From a bacterium (lineage in GTDB: Bacteria > Zixibacteria > MSB-5A5 > GN15 > FEB-12), in assembly GCA_030605565.1 (NCBI GenBank), contig JAUWIB010000089.1, positions 12,197 to 76,196 on the forward strand: a stretch of DNA of 64,000 nt. The letters run 5' to 3'. A program made the translations under genes and the position numbers. Numbering within the stretch: the stretch's first letter is position 1; each line of letters starts with the position of its first letter. Positions 1 through 9,299 of the stretch are shown piece by piece. A model generated the notes under the pieces. The model made no database searches and was not told the origin of the DNA. It saw only the letters and a list, made by a program, of their open reading frames with translations.

Positions 1-1
1 G

Positions 2-571
2 ATATCCTACGGCGCCGAGGGTGTCATCTCCAATAGGGATCCCAATTGGAATCCAAAAATTGAATTCAATGTCAAGTTTCGCATCATCGATGAGATAGAG
101 GTCTTCCCGGCGGTGACGATCGGTTTTTGTTCGCAGGGATTGGGCGCCTGGAATTCAGATATGGATCGATATGCTTTCAAGTCGCGTGGGTTCTATGGTG
201 TCGTCAGTCGCAGTTTCTACTTCTATGACTGGACTTCGGGGTGGCATGCCGGGATAAACTACTCGATGGAGAACGACATCGACGAAGAGACCGACGTTAA
301 CATCTTCGCCGGGTTCGACGCTACTTTCAAGTACAACCTGGCGCTTATGATCGAATACGACGCCGCGCTGAATGACAACAAGTCGAAACTGCCCGATGGG
401 ACCCCGAACGGGTTCGCGGGGCATGGTCGTGGGTATCTCAACAGTGCGATCAAGTGGTTGGTCACCGAGAACCTTGAAATTGAGTTTCTGATGAAGGACC
501 TTTTCGTCAATCGCCGCGAAGCGGACACGTTCACCCGCGCCGTGCGACTGACGTATATCGAGAGGTTCTGA
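2..571 (+). CDS. Outer-membrane beta-barrel-like protein, 5' end outside window
   Basis: The frame is open from nt 2 (ISYGAEGVISNRDPNW...) and runs into the listed ORF 113..571. It shows an alternating beta-strand-like pattern and ends ...RLTYIERF with a terminal Phe, as in OMP barrels. I did not recognise a family. Confidence 0.45.
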   Translation: MSYGAEGVISNRDPNWNPKIEFNVKFRIIDEIEVFPAVTIGFCSQGLGAWNSDMDRYAFKSRGFYGVVSRSFYFYDWTSGWHAGINYSMENDIDEETDVNIFAGFDATFKYNLALMIEYDAALNDNKSKLPDGTPNGFAGHGRGYLNSAIKWLVTENLEIEFLMKDLFVNRREADTFTRAVRLTYIERF

Positions 572-628
572 GGGGGGGCGGGGTGGTGGCGCATGGACGA
601 CCATGTCTGAGAAACCTATACATTGTGA

Positions 629-1534
629 GTGAATGTGATGAAGAGGAGTCGTTTCGGAATCGGTGAGTGGTTCGGACGGTCTTTCGTGCATATGAGCCAT
701 GGTGACAGGATTGCCATAGCGAAAGGTTTGGACTCACCTAAGAATGAGCAACCACGCAGACCTTGTCCTTTTCTGCCAAGTGGAGATTGTAACAAGGCTG
801 GAGGAGTCTGCTCGATCCGTCTGTACGAACAACTGTGTCCAGGAGAACCCGCCGTCACTCACCGCGGAGAGAAAGGAATGTTACGGGCAGTCTGTCCTCA
901 GAGATTTTGGGAGGCGAACACTATATTTGAGTTCGTCGGAAGTACGATTCTCAACAACCGCGATCCTATCATTGTTAAGGAGGTCGGATTTCTGCAGAAA
1001 GTAGGAAGTGATAGTAGCGGTGGCCGCAGAGACGAGGTCGGAAGGATTGACTCGATCCTTGTCGACTCCAGTTCAAAAAAACTCGAATGGTGTGCATTGG
1101 AAATCCAGGCAGTCTATTTTTCTGGGAGCAAAATGGGGCAAGAGTTTCAGGCTATCAGGCGGTCCAGTTCTCGGGAGTTGCCTTTTCCGGTGGCGCAGAG
1201 ACGTCCAGACTATAGGAGTAGTGGTCCTAAACGTCTAATGCCGCAACTGCAAATAAAAGTGCCTACGCTACGCAGATGGGGCAAGAAAATGGCTGTGGTG
1301 ATAGACAGTTCTTTCTTTGGCTCGATAGGTGATATGGACAGCGTCAGTGATATCTCTAGTTGTGATATAGCTTGGTTTGTGATGAAGTTTGAATCGACCG
1401 GTGAGCGGTACAAACTTCAACCAGACTTCGTTCACTATACAACTTTGGAGGATGCCGTGGAAGGATTAACCGGAGGAGTTCCCTTGACGCTATTGGCATT
1501 TGAGGAGCGGATACGGCAAAAACTCAATCGGTAG
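629..1534 (+). CDS. NotI-family type II restriction endonuclease
   Basis: The N-terminal Cys4 layout (CPFLPSGDC-x6-GVC ... AVCPQRF) and the LEIQAVYFSGS block parallel the NotI metal-Cys4 and core motifs (CPF..C..GVC..VCPNR, LEIQTMDFHGS). The start is GTG at 629 or ATG at 638. The gene is convergent with, and overlaps, a DNA methyltransferase gene. Confidence 0.75.
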   Translation: MNVMKRSRFGIGEWFGRSFVHMSHGDRIAIAKGLDSPKNEQPRRPCPFLPSGDCNKAGGVCSIRLYEQLCPGEPAVTHRGEKGMLRAVCPQRFWEANTIFEFVGSTILNNRDPIIVKEVGFLQKVGSDSSGGRRDEVGRIDSILVDSSSKKLEWCALEIQAVYFSGSKMGQEFQAIRRSSSRELPFPVAQRRPDYRSSGPKRLMPQLQIKVPTLRRWGKKMAVVIDSSFFGSIGDMDSVSDISSCDIAWFVMKFESTGERYKLQPDFVHYTTLEDAVEGLTGGVPLTLLAFEERIRQKLNR

Positions 1535-2384
1535 GCCTGAGCCAACTGAGATCCCTTCCGACAAGAAGCTCTACTTTGCGAGCGTGGTGAGTGTTCTTCA
1601 TAGGCACAGTAGCCACTTGGAAGCCAAATTCATCTGCCATGGTACGAATTTCAGGGGCGTCATCATAGGTCATCAAGAAATCGCCGGCTGATCTTGCAGT
1701 AAGCGCAAACAGGCTCCGATGGTCGATATTAGAGTATTTGTATAAACGGCGCCCTGCCACAGTGTAGGGCGGATCGACAAAAAAAACGACGTTGTAACTG
1801 CGAAGATTCTCTCTGATGACTGGAATCCCGTCCCCCTGAATAAACCTGAATCGGTTTTTCATCTGCACAATGGACAGTATTCGTTTGCGGAGAGTATCCG
1901 GATACCACCTAGATAACAGGCCCTTACCATTCTCTCCTGTTTTCACAACACCAGCGCCAGGGGCCAAGATACCGCCCCGGTTTATGCGATTTCGGAGAAT
2001 AGTAATGAAGGCGTGCTCGCGCAGGGAACAACCGGGGTAGTTTGCGAGCCGGTCAGCCACATTCTCATGTGTCATTGCGAAGTTCGAAATCTGGTTGCTC
2101 AACCACGCACCTTGACCGTTTAGAATGGTGCGCCATACCGAAGCAATATCTTCGTCCAATTCAACCATAGTAGCTGTCTCAGCCAGATTCTCGAATACCG
2201 CGGTGAGACTGACAACACCTCCGCCCGCAAATGGTTCAATCAACTCCTTGACCGGATACGCGCATGCCTTCAACCATTTCCTGATGACTGGAATTAGCCA
2301 AGTCTTGCCCCCAGGATATCGAAAGGGGCTTCGTTGTGGCACTGACGCTACGTTTACTACATTCATCACGAGAGAACTCCACAC
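1524..2384 (-). CDS. D12-class (Dam-like) N6-adenine DNA methyltransferase
   Basis: Motifs FRYPGGK, EPFAGGG (SAM motif I) and FFVDPPY (motif IV) occur in alpha-class order. The track start at 2384 is GTG. The ATG at 2366 with GGAG about 10 nt upstream is the more likely start. Confidence 0.9.
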   Translation of the reverse strand: MWSSLVMNVVNVASVPQRSPFRYPGGKTWLIPVIRKWLKACAYPVKELIEPFAGGGVVSLTAVFENLAETATMVELDEDIASVWRTILNGQGAWLSNQISNFAMTHENVADRLANYPGCSLREHAFITILRNRINRGGILAPGAGVVKTGENGKGLLSRWYPDTLRKRILSIVQMKNRFRFIQGDGIPVIRENLRSYNVVFFVDPPYTVAGRRLYKYSNIDHRSLFALTARSAGDFLMTYDDAPEIRTMADEFGFQVATVPMKNTHHARKVELLVGRDLSWLRPTD

Positions 2385-2565
2385 ATGCCGTTAAGGGAAC
2401 TATAACGCCAACAGTGGTTGGCCGCAATCACATTTTGCGGTTGACCGATCACTTTTTTTGTGCGGTATTGTGATGGGAAAGATGGCAACCATATAGGAAC
2501 AATGTAGAAATGTCTAACTCCTGCCCGGCAAGTATGTGCAATCCAATATAGAGGTAGCATAAAGA

Positions 2566-3282
2566 ATGAAACCCTCACCCTTCATCACCCATCTCGCCAA
2601 GGAACTCAAGAAGTACAAGTCGCGCAAGTATCGCATCAACGCCCAACGGTTCTTCAAAGAAAAGCTCGATCAACCCTGGATGCTCAAGGGTGCGATTTTC
2701 AAACAGTTGGCCAACGATGCATGGCAGGGGATCAAAGGTCGTCCCAAGAAGGAGGTTTTTGAGCTGTGCGAGGAGTTGCTTGAGAGCGACCTCGAGGCGC
2801 ATGTCGGTTTCGCCTTCGACTTCGCCTATCGTTGCCGCAAGGATTTCACGAAGTCCGATTTCGCACGGTTTGAACGGTGGGGCAAGACGTACTTCACCAA
2901 TTGGGGCAATGTCGACAACCTCTGCTGCCGTGCGTTGGGGCATCTGATCTACATGTACCCGGAACTGATCCCAAGGACCAGGAAGTGGGCGCGCTCCAAG
3001 AACATGTGGATGCGTCGCGCCTCGGCGGTATGCTTGATCGTATCCCTTCGGAAGGGTCAGGCGCTGCCGGATGCTTTCAAAGTTGCTGATATCCTCATGA
3101 TGGATGAGGAAGACCTGGTGCAGAAGGGGTACGGCTGGATGCTCAAGGAGGCGACCCACGAGTTCCGCGACGAAGTTTACGAGTACGTGCTGAAACATCG
3201 CGCTGTCATGCCGCGGACGGCGCTACGTTACGCGATCGAGAAACTCCCCAAAGAGATGCGCAAGGAGGCGATGAAGAAGTAG
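2566..3282 (+). CDS. DNA alkylation repair protein (AlkD-like HEAT-repeat family)
   Basis: AQRFFKEK..., WMRRASAVCLIV and DLVQKGYGWMLKEA match the signature blocks of the DNA_alkylation family. Confidence 0.75.
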   Translation: MKPSPFITHLAKELKKYKSRKYRINAQRFFKEKLDQPWMLKGAIFKQLANDAWQGIKGRPKKEVFELCEELLESDLEAHVGFAFDFAYRCRKDFTKSDFARFERWGKTYFTNWGNVDNLCCRALGHLIYMYPELIPRTRKWARSKNMWMRRASAVCLIVSLRKGQALPDAFKVADILMMDEEDLVQKGYGWMLKEATHEFRDEVYEYVLKHRAVMPRTALRYAIEKLPKEMRKEAMKK

Positions 3283-3502
3283 TGGTGTCGTTGTGGGATT
3301 GTCAGGTCCACAAGGGACCTGACCGTCGAGTGGTGGATATTCAATCATCCTTCGACTCCGCTCAGGATGAGGTTGTGCCGCTCAGGATGGGGTTGTGGAA
3401 CCTGTTTAGGATATCGCCCTTTTCGCAATATCAGGATGACACGGTCAAGCCGCCCATAAATGGGTTTCATGCGCTACGCGCGCCACAAAACGTAGGTCAG
3501 GA

Positions 3503-4237
3503 TCACAGCCCCTGTTCGCGCCAGCGCTTGAGCACCAACTCGGCGAACTCGCCGACGGCAGCGATGACTTTGTCGCGATACTGCCGGGACTTTTCCGCAT
3601 CGTATTCCGGCAGCCCTTCGCCCTCTTTGTACAGCAGGATTGAACCGGGGACGGGGTAGACATCGGCGCCGGGGCGGAAAAACCATGCTTGCTTAGGATC
3701 GTAGGCTTCTTTGTCGACCAGCGTCTCATCGATGGCCTGAACCATCGCGCTTTCGTCGGTGCCGGCATGACCGCCGACGTGCCCGAAGAACTCCTCAGTC
3801 ATCTCAGCGCACAACTCCCACCAGTGGATGACACAGATATTGAGGCCGTGGTCGCGGTGCCAATCATGCGCCACGGTCTTTAGCACGCTGTTGTTGCCGC
3901 CGTGACCATTCATGATGATCACGTTTTTGAAGCCGCTGTGTCCGAACGATTCGACAATATCTCCAAGGCACTGTGCAAATGTGTCCGGCCGCAGAGTGAC
4001 GCAGCCGGAGTATCGGTGCAGGGATTTCGTGATCCCGAACGGCAGGGTCGGGGCGATCAGGGCGTTGATACGCTCCGCGATTCCGTGCGCGATATTCTCT
4101 GGAATGTAGTTGTCGGTACCGAGGCAGTCACTGCCATGAGCCTCAACTGTGCCCACCGGCAGGATGACGGTGTCGATCTGACTGGGAACAAGGTCGCGGA
4201 CTTTCAGCCAACTGAGTTTCTGCAGTTCGCGTTCCAT
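3503..4237 (-). CDS. Creatininase-family amidohydrolase
   Basis: ILPVGTVEAHGSDCLGTDNYIPE and IIMNGHGGNN are the metal-ligand motifs of the creatininase/MftE/ArfB family. The start codon abuts the stop of the upstream gene. Confidence 0.85.
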   Translation of the reverse strand: MERELQKLSWLKVRDLVPSQIDTVILPVGTVEAHGSDCLGTDNYIPENIAHGIAERINALIAPTLPFGITKSLHRYSGCVTLRPDTFAQCLGDIVESFGHSGFKNVIIMNGHGGNNSVLKTVAHDWHRDHGLNICVIHWWELCAEMTEEFFGHVGGHAGTDESAMVQAIDETLVDKEAYDPKQAWFFRPGADVYPVPGSILLYKEGEGLPEYDAEKSRQYRDKVIAAVGEFAELVLKRWREQGL

Positions 4238-4987
4238 CTAATTTCCCAGCTTAGCCAGCAGCCGCTCCATGACTTTTTCAGTTTCGACGGCTGTCGTATC
4301 GTCCCCTTCGTAACGGTACTGATTGATGTCGCGCACCATCATTTCAAGTTCATCGGTGGTTTCAACCGCGTACCAGATTTCCTGCTCCGCCCAGGCCAGA
4401 CCTTCACGATCAAGGGCATCAACCACCTCGGAATAGATTGACGGCGACTTCCAGTCGAAATCGCTGAGATTGATGTGTGCCGCACCGGACATGCCGATAA
4501 TATAGTAACGACCCTCCGGCGTCGGTCCAAACACAGCATCCGACTTCTCAAGCATGTGCAAGGACGCCTTGAGCGTAGCGGGGCGAATGGTGGGTGTGCG
4601 ACTACCGATGACGAGGACACTCTTATATCCGGCCTGAAAGCATTCGGCGAACACTTGTTCGATTCGGATTCCCCAGCGTTCTTTGGCTTGTTCGTGCAGA
4701 CTGAAGCGCTTACTGAAAGCCGTTGCCCGCTTCCCATTCAGCTTCTTCGCCAGGTAGTCGTTGATGATCTGAACAAACCGCTTGCGATCGGGATCATCGA
4801 TATAGTACAACCGTGTGTCGGATGAGTCGAGATCAAGAGCGTGTGTAATGGTGTCGGAAATAAATGCTTGATGCAGAAAACGCAGATCGTCGCCCTGAAT
4901 GGAGCCAAGGTCCATACAGGATCCATCCTCAAACGGTTCCTGCACGCAGACAGCGATAACGGATGAGTTCTTACGGCTTGGTGACAT
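4238..4987 (-). CDS. DUF2064/TIGR04282-like protein (divergent)
   Basis: The central block VLVIGSRTPTIRP...AVFGPTPEGRYYIIGM resembles the DUF2064 core (GSDCP...GPa.DGGYyLiG). The usual N-terminal K.P.PG.VKTRL motif and the DCP motif are not conserved. Confidence 0.5.
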   Translation of the reverse strand: MSPSRKNSSVIAVCVQEPFEDGSCMDLGSIQGDDLRFLHQAFISDTITHALDLDSSDTRLYYIDDPDRKRFVQIINDYLAKKLNGKRATAFSKRFSLHEQAKERWGIRIEQVFAECFQAGYKSVLVIGSRTPTIRPATLKASLHMLEKSDAVFGPTPEGRYYIIGMSGAAHINLSDFDWKSPSIYSEVVDALDREGLAWAEQEIWYAVETTDELEMMVRDINQYRYEGDDTTAVETEKVMERLLAKLGN

Positions 4988-5109
4988 GTTCCTTCTATCA
5001 AACAGTGTTCATCAAATCGGCGTCAATATAAAGTCGCCCCCAGGCGGAGTCAAGAAGGCCTCGGTAAAAAAGTGACGAATGACGAAGAATCGGGATCGAA
5101 AGAACGTTG

Positions 5110-7023
5110 TCACTTCACCCGACGCATTTCGGCTATTATGTCGTCCGGGGGGATCACGCCTTGTCGGATCATTCGCACCTGGCCGTTTGAGTCGAGCAGC
5201 AGGGTTGTGGGCAATGAGTATTGCTTGAGCCCGAAGTGTTCCATGAAGTTCCTGGTGATTTCGGAGTCGGCCTTTTCCAATTGTACTCGTATCGCCATGA
5301 AGCGCTCCGCCTCGCGGATAACGTTGGGATGACCGAACGTCTTTTTCTCCAGCACGCGACAGTTGGCGCACCAGGTTGCCCAGGTGTCGATCAACACCGG
5401 TTTGCCCTCGGCCTTGGCGCGCGCGAGTCCATCGTCCAGCCCGGATACCCAGGTGATACCGTGCTCAGTTTGCTCGGAAGTTCCCTGAGAGACTGTCGGA
5501 AGCCATTGGGAAGCGGGGGGCAGGATCAACCCCTCCCGGAGGACGGTCCCTATGAGCAGATAGGCGCCAATGAGAAAAGCGACGAAACCGAGGAATTTCT
5601 TCAGGCGCGCGAACATGCCCGACTCGGCGGTGAGACGATCCAGTCCGCCTCCAAAGACACCAAAAGCCAGCAGGACCAGACTGGTCAGGATAGCTAAGAT
5701 GACCGGCGATATGATCGTTCGAAGGAAGAACAGCGCCATCAACAAAAGGACGAAGCCGAAAAACTTCTTGACGGATTCCATCCATTCGCCGGCGTGAGGC
5801 AGCGAGTTGATAGCTGATGAAAACGTACCGATGATGAGAAACAGCGTGCCCAGCCCCAGGGCAAAAACGAACAACACCAAAAATCCGACAATCGGCGAGC
5901 CGTGCGTTGCGATGTACAAGAGGATGCCGGCGACAAACGGTCCCACGCACGGCGACACCACCAGCGCAGCCACCACACCCAGGACGATGGCCCCACCGAT
6001 CCCACCCCCCCCCTTGGTAGTCCCCAGTTTCTGTCTCAGGAACATCGGTACCTGCAACTCGTACAGCCCGAACATAGATAACGAGAACACTACAAAAACC
6101 ACCGCGATCCCGATTACGACGGGTGTGCTGGCCAGCCAGGCGCCGAAAACACCGCCCACCAACGATACGATCAACCCCATGATGCCATACACGACTGCCA
6201 TGGATCCCACATAGAAGAGAGACATGATGAAACCGCGCCCAAGCGAGCGCTGCTGTCCGGCGAAAATGCTGACCGTGATAGGGATCATCGGATAGGTACA
6301 GGGGGAGAACGACAGAAGCAGTCCGGTCACGAAAGCCAGTCCCAGGGTGAGGAAGTATCCCCAAAACCCGTAGCGGTCGACCAGCCGCTGGAGATCGTTT
6401 TCCGGTTCAACCACGCCGGCGGCATCCACCGGAGACTCCTCTGTCTGTTCACCACCGGCGAAAATGTCGGCGTGGGTCGGTGGTCCCAGTTGACCGACAG
6501 TTATCTCGAGGGTTGCCTCAAGGGTTTCGGGTGCGCGGCATGTTGAATCATCGCAGGCCTGATAGGTGAAACTGAGCGGCAACTGGCGCCTGCCATCGTC
6601 CATATCCACATCCAGCGTCACGGCAAACATCACCACCACGCGATCACTGTAAACAGACATCTTCTCATCTAACAGCGCGGCGTCATGGCCCGCCGGATAC
6701 TTGATGTCGTGAGGCGTTACACCGCTGATGGTGTCACACGAAAGCTGTACCGGGATCAGCCAATCCTGGTACGGCTGAGCCGAATTAATGTGCCAACCTG
6801 GTTTTATGTCCGCGATCAGTGCCGCCTGATAGGTTTCGCCGGCCTCAATGCTCTCGAATGAAAGAGCCGTTGCTATCTCAACCAGTTGTTCTTCTTCGAT
6901 CTGTTGAAAGCCTGAAAACTCTACTTCAGCTTGTGTAGTGCTGTAAAGCAGGTAAAGCGAAAGAAGTGCCGATGCCGCGACCATTCGGAGGCGCAGCCCG
7001 TTGCAGCTTTTCATGATTTGCAT
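5110..7023 (-). CDS. dsbD: Thiol:disulfide interchange protein DsbD (three-domain)
   Basis: There is a signal peptide, then an N-terminal DsbD-alpha-like domain (KPGWHINS, YQACDDSTC). A multi-TM core carries SPCTYPMIP and SPCVGPF. The C-terminal thioredoxin fold carries WATWCANC. Confidence 0.85.
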   Translation of the reverse strand: MQIMKSCNGLRLRMVAASALLSLYLLYSTTQAEVEFSGFQQIEEEQLVEIATALSFESIEAGETYQAALIADIKPGWHINSAQPYQDWLIPVQLSCDTISGVTPHDIKYPAGHDAALLDEKMSVYSDRVVVMFAVTLDVDMDDGRRQLPLSFTYQACDDSTCRAPETLEATLEITVGQLGPPTHADIFAGGEQTEESPVDAAGVVEPENDLQRLVDRYGFWGYFLTLGLAFVTGLLLSFSPCTYPMIPITVSIFAGQQRSLGRGFIMSLFYVGSMAVVYGIMGLIVSLVGGVFGAWLASTPVVIGIAVVFVVFSLSMFGLYELQVPMFLRQKLGTTKGGGGIGGAIVLGVVAALVVSPCVGPFVAGILLYIATHGSPIVGFLVLFVFALGLGTLFLIIGTFSSAINSLPHAGEWMESVKKFFGFVLLLMALFFLRTIISPVILAILTSLVLLAFGVFGGGLDRLTAESGMFARLKKFLGFVAFLIGAYLLIGTVLREGLILPPASQWLPTVSQGTSEQTEHGITWVSGLDDGLARAKAEGKPVLIDTWATWCANCRVLEKKTFGHPNVIREAERFMAIRVQLEKADSEITRNFMEHFGLKQYSLPTTLLLDSNGQVRMIRQGVIPPDDIIAEMRRVK

Positions 7024-7101
7024 TCCCCGAATGACATCCTATGATGGGGTCAATGTCGTTCCAATGTTGATTCTATTTGAGTGCAGGGGCATCCTGGTCC
7101 A

Positions 7102-8355
7102 TCAAGCCTGCCCTTGCTTTTTCCGTGCCGCCTGAGCCATGATTTCGGTCTTCAGCAGAGCGAGCAACTTCTCCCCGTCGATTTTTGCCGCGATTTTCTC
7201 TGCAATCCTCTCGGCGAGGGTATTGACGAATTCTTTCGTAAACCACTCGATTCGGTCCGGTGCAATCTTCTCAAGCGAATTCTCCCAGTCGTGGTCAGCG
7301 TCGGTCGACGAGGCCGACTGTTGATCCGCTTCGACCAGGATGCTCTCCGGCTCGGAGTCGTGAATCTTCTCGACTTCCTTCTTGAACTCGTCGATGAATT
7401 TCTCGACTGCTTGCCCAGGACTCGGCGGCTGCGATCCGACCGGCGAATCGGGCGGCGGTGTGATCGGATCTACGAAAGACGACGGTTCGGCTGTCGTCAG
7501 TTCCGGCTGCTGCGAGGCCGAAGAAGTGTCGGCCGGCGGTTGCGACTTGGCCTCTTGCTGCATTTCATTGATGAACCATTCATAATCGTGGGTCCGATCA
7601 GCGACGCCGGGTCCCGGCTGATCCGGATTGGACATTCCGTACTGATCGGAGGCGTTTAGGATGTCGAGCTTACCGGATGCGGCTGGGTCCGGACGCGCAC
7701 TGTGGCTATTCTTAGCCGGCGCGATATCGGCGGACTCATCGTGGATCATAATACTCTCAATCCGAGAGGAATCGGTCAGGTCGGTATCGGTATTATCGAC
7801 ATGGTTATAACCGACCATCTTCTCAGAGACCTTCACTTTGCCGGTCCGACCGGTCCGTGTCTTGTCCATCACCTCCGAATCGGTAACCTCGATACGGTCC
7901 AGACCCAGGGCGGCATCAAGGGTGGCATCCTCCAGGCCAATGCCTTCCAGAGGGTTGGTGGTCTCAGTCGACGGCGATCGTGGAGCAGCAGGCGGAGCCT
8001 GCGACGGACCGGTATAGGCATTAACCCGGTCAACGAACTCTTTGGGGTCGAAAGGAAGGTCGATCACAACGTCCGACGGAAACGGCAACCGTGGCTGACC
8101 AGGCTCTGCGAACAACAACATTGGTGTCGATGCAAAGCGATGGTCGGCGCTGACCCGTTCGTAGAACAGCGAACCACTGGGATCAGCGAGCGTCCCACCC
8201 ACAATCAACAGATTGGGGCGAGTGTGATTGAGAACTTCCATCGCCTTTTGAGCAGTGCCAACAGATATCACCTCGAGACCGTTCTGTCTGAGAACGGTGG
8301 TGGCGACACCGCGAATGGTATCCGATGCTTCGGCCAGGAGAATTCGTTTGGGCAT
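7102..8355 (-). CDS. Receiver-domain-like protein with a long P/S/D-rich linker and C-terminal helical region (pseudo-receiver)
   Basis: The N-terminal ~120 aa follow the CheY-like pattern (KRILLAE..., PMLLFAE). The acidic pocket is EASD rather than (D/E)DD. The phospho-acceptor position reads NLLIVGGTLADPSG instead of DLxxLD. Confidence 0.55.
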   Translation of the reverse strand: MPKRILLAEASDTIRGVATTVLRQNGLEVISVGTAQKAMEVLNHTRPNLLIVGGTLADPSGSLFYERVSADHRFASTPMLLFAEPGQPRLPFPSDVVIDLPFDPKEFVDRVNAYTGPSQAPPAAPRSPSTETTNPLEGIGLEDATLDAALGLDRIEVTDSEVMDKTRTGRTGKVKVSEKMVGYNHVDNTDTDLTDSSRIESIMIHDESADIAPAKNSHSARPDPAASGKLDILNASDQYGMSNPDQPGPGVADRTHDYEWFINEMQQEAKSQPPADTSSASQQPELTTAEPSSFVDPITPPPDSPVGSQPPSPGQAVEKFIDEFKKEVEKIHDSEPESILVEADQQSASSTDADHDWENSLEKIAPDRIEWFTKEFVNTLAERIAEKIAAKIDGEKLLALLKTEIMAQAARKKQGQA

Positions 8356-8363
8356 AATACCAC

Positions 8364-9191
8364 TCAGTCCTTGATTTGCTTGTCGGCCAGTTTCGAGGAT
8401 GCCTCCTCAAGAAATTTCCGGTCGGCCTTGCTGATATTATCAATGCCGACTTCGTTGATCTTGTCGAGGATAGTATCCACTCGTTTCATTATATCCTGCG
8501 CCTGATGACGGTTTTTCTCGAGCTTGGCGCTCTGACGTTGATAGCGATAATCCTTGATCTTTCTGCCCAGACGCATCCATCGCCAGTCCAGTTTGAGATA
8601 GGCCAGTCCGAACAAAGCGCCGCCCAGGTGCGCCCAGTGGGCAACGTTGCCGCCGGAAAAGAGAAATCCCAAAAGCATCATGCCGGGGATAGCATATTTG
8701 ACCTTCAGCGGGAAGAGGAAGTAAATGTACAAGAGACGGTTGGGAAACATTATCCAGTAAGCCATCAGCATGCCGTAGATTGCCGCCGACGCTCCGATCA
8801 CCGGGAAGGGTTGCCCGGGGTTAATCGTCATGGTCAGGAGCGCTCCGGCCAGCCCCGCCAGCAGGTAGAAGCGACCGAAATTCCTGCTACCCCAGGTCCG
8901 TTCGATCTCGGTTCCAAACATCCAAAGCACAAACATATTGAAAAATATGTGACCGAACCCGCCGTGCAGAAACATATAGGTCAACGGCTGGTAAAAAAGG
9001 TTCGGGAATTCGCTGAAAAACCGGGCCGGGGTCAGACCAAGCGCGGTGGTCAGTGGCGGGTGAAGATACTGAATGAGATAGAGAACGCCGTTGGATATCA
9101 GCATCAGCTTGATAAACGGCGAGATACCTCCGGGGCCAAACCGAAAACCACCGGCGCGTGGCTGATTATTGAACTGAAATGGCCTCATCAT
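8364..9191 (-). CDS. Rhomboid-family intramembrane serine protease
   Basis: It has multi-TM topology with GASAAIYGMLMAY (catalytic Ser motif) and HWAHLGGALFGLAY (catalytic His), plus HGGFGHIFFNM. A charged C-terminal tail follows. Confidence 0.85.
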   Translation of the reverse strand: MMRPFQFNNQPRAGGFRFGPGGISPFIKLMLISNGVLYLIQYLHPPLTTALGLTPARFFSEFPNLFYQPLTYMFLHGGFGHIFFNMFVLWMFGTEIERTWGSRNFGRFYLLAGLAGALLTMTINPGQPFPVIGASAAIYGMLMAYWIMFPNRLLYIYFLFPLKVKYAIPGMMLLGFLFSGGNVAHWAHLGGALFGLAYLKLDWRWMRLGRKIKDYRYQRQSAKLEKNRHQAQDIMKRVDTILDKINEVGIDNISKADRKFLEEASSKLADKQIKD

Positions 9192-9299
9192 GCTATTTAT
9201 CGGTTGTTACGGACAAACCATTCACCGGCCATCATCGCCGTTTTGGCTGTCTTGTCCACTTTTCTTATCTCCCTCCGGGAGATTCTGCGGGCCGACGCC

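Noticed and set aside
629-1534. Assuming GCGGCCGC (NotI) specificity for the nuclease
   Set aside because: The partner methyltransferase is an adenine (DPPY, D12-class) enzyme and the NotI site has no adenine. The specificity cannot be inferred from the fold family alone.
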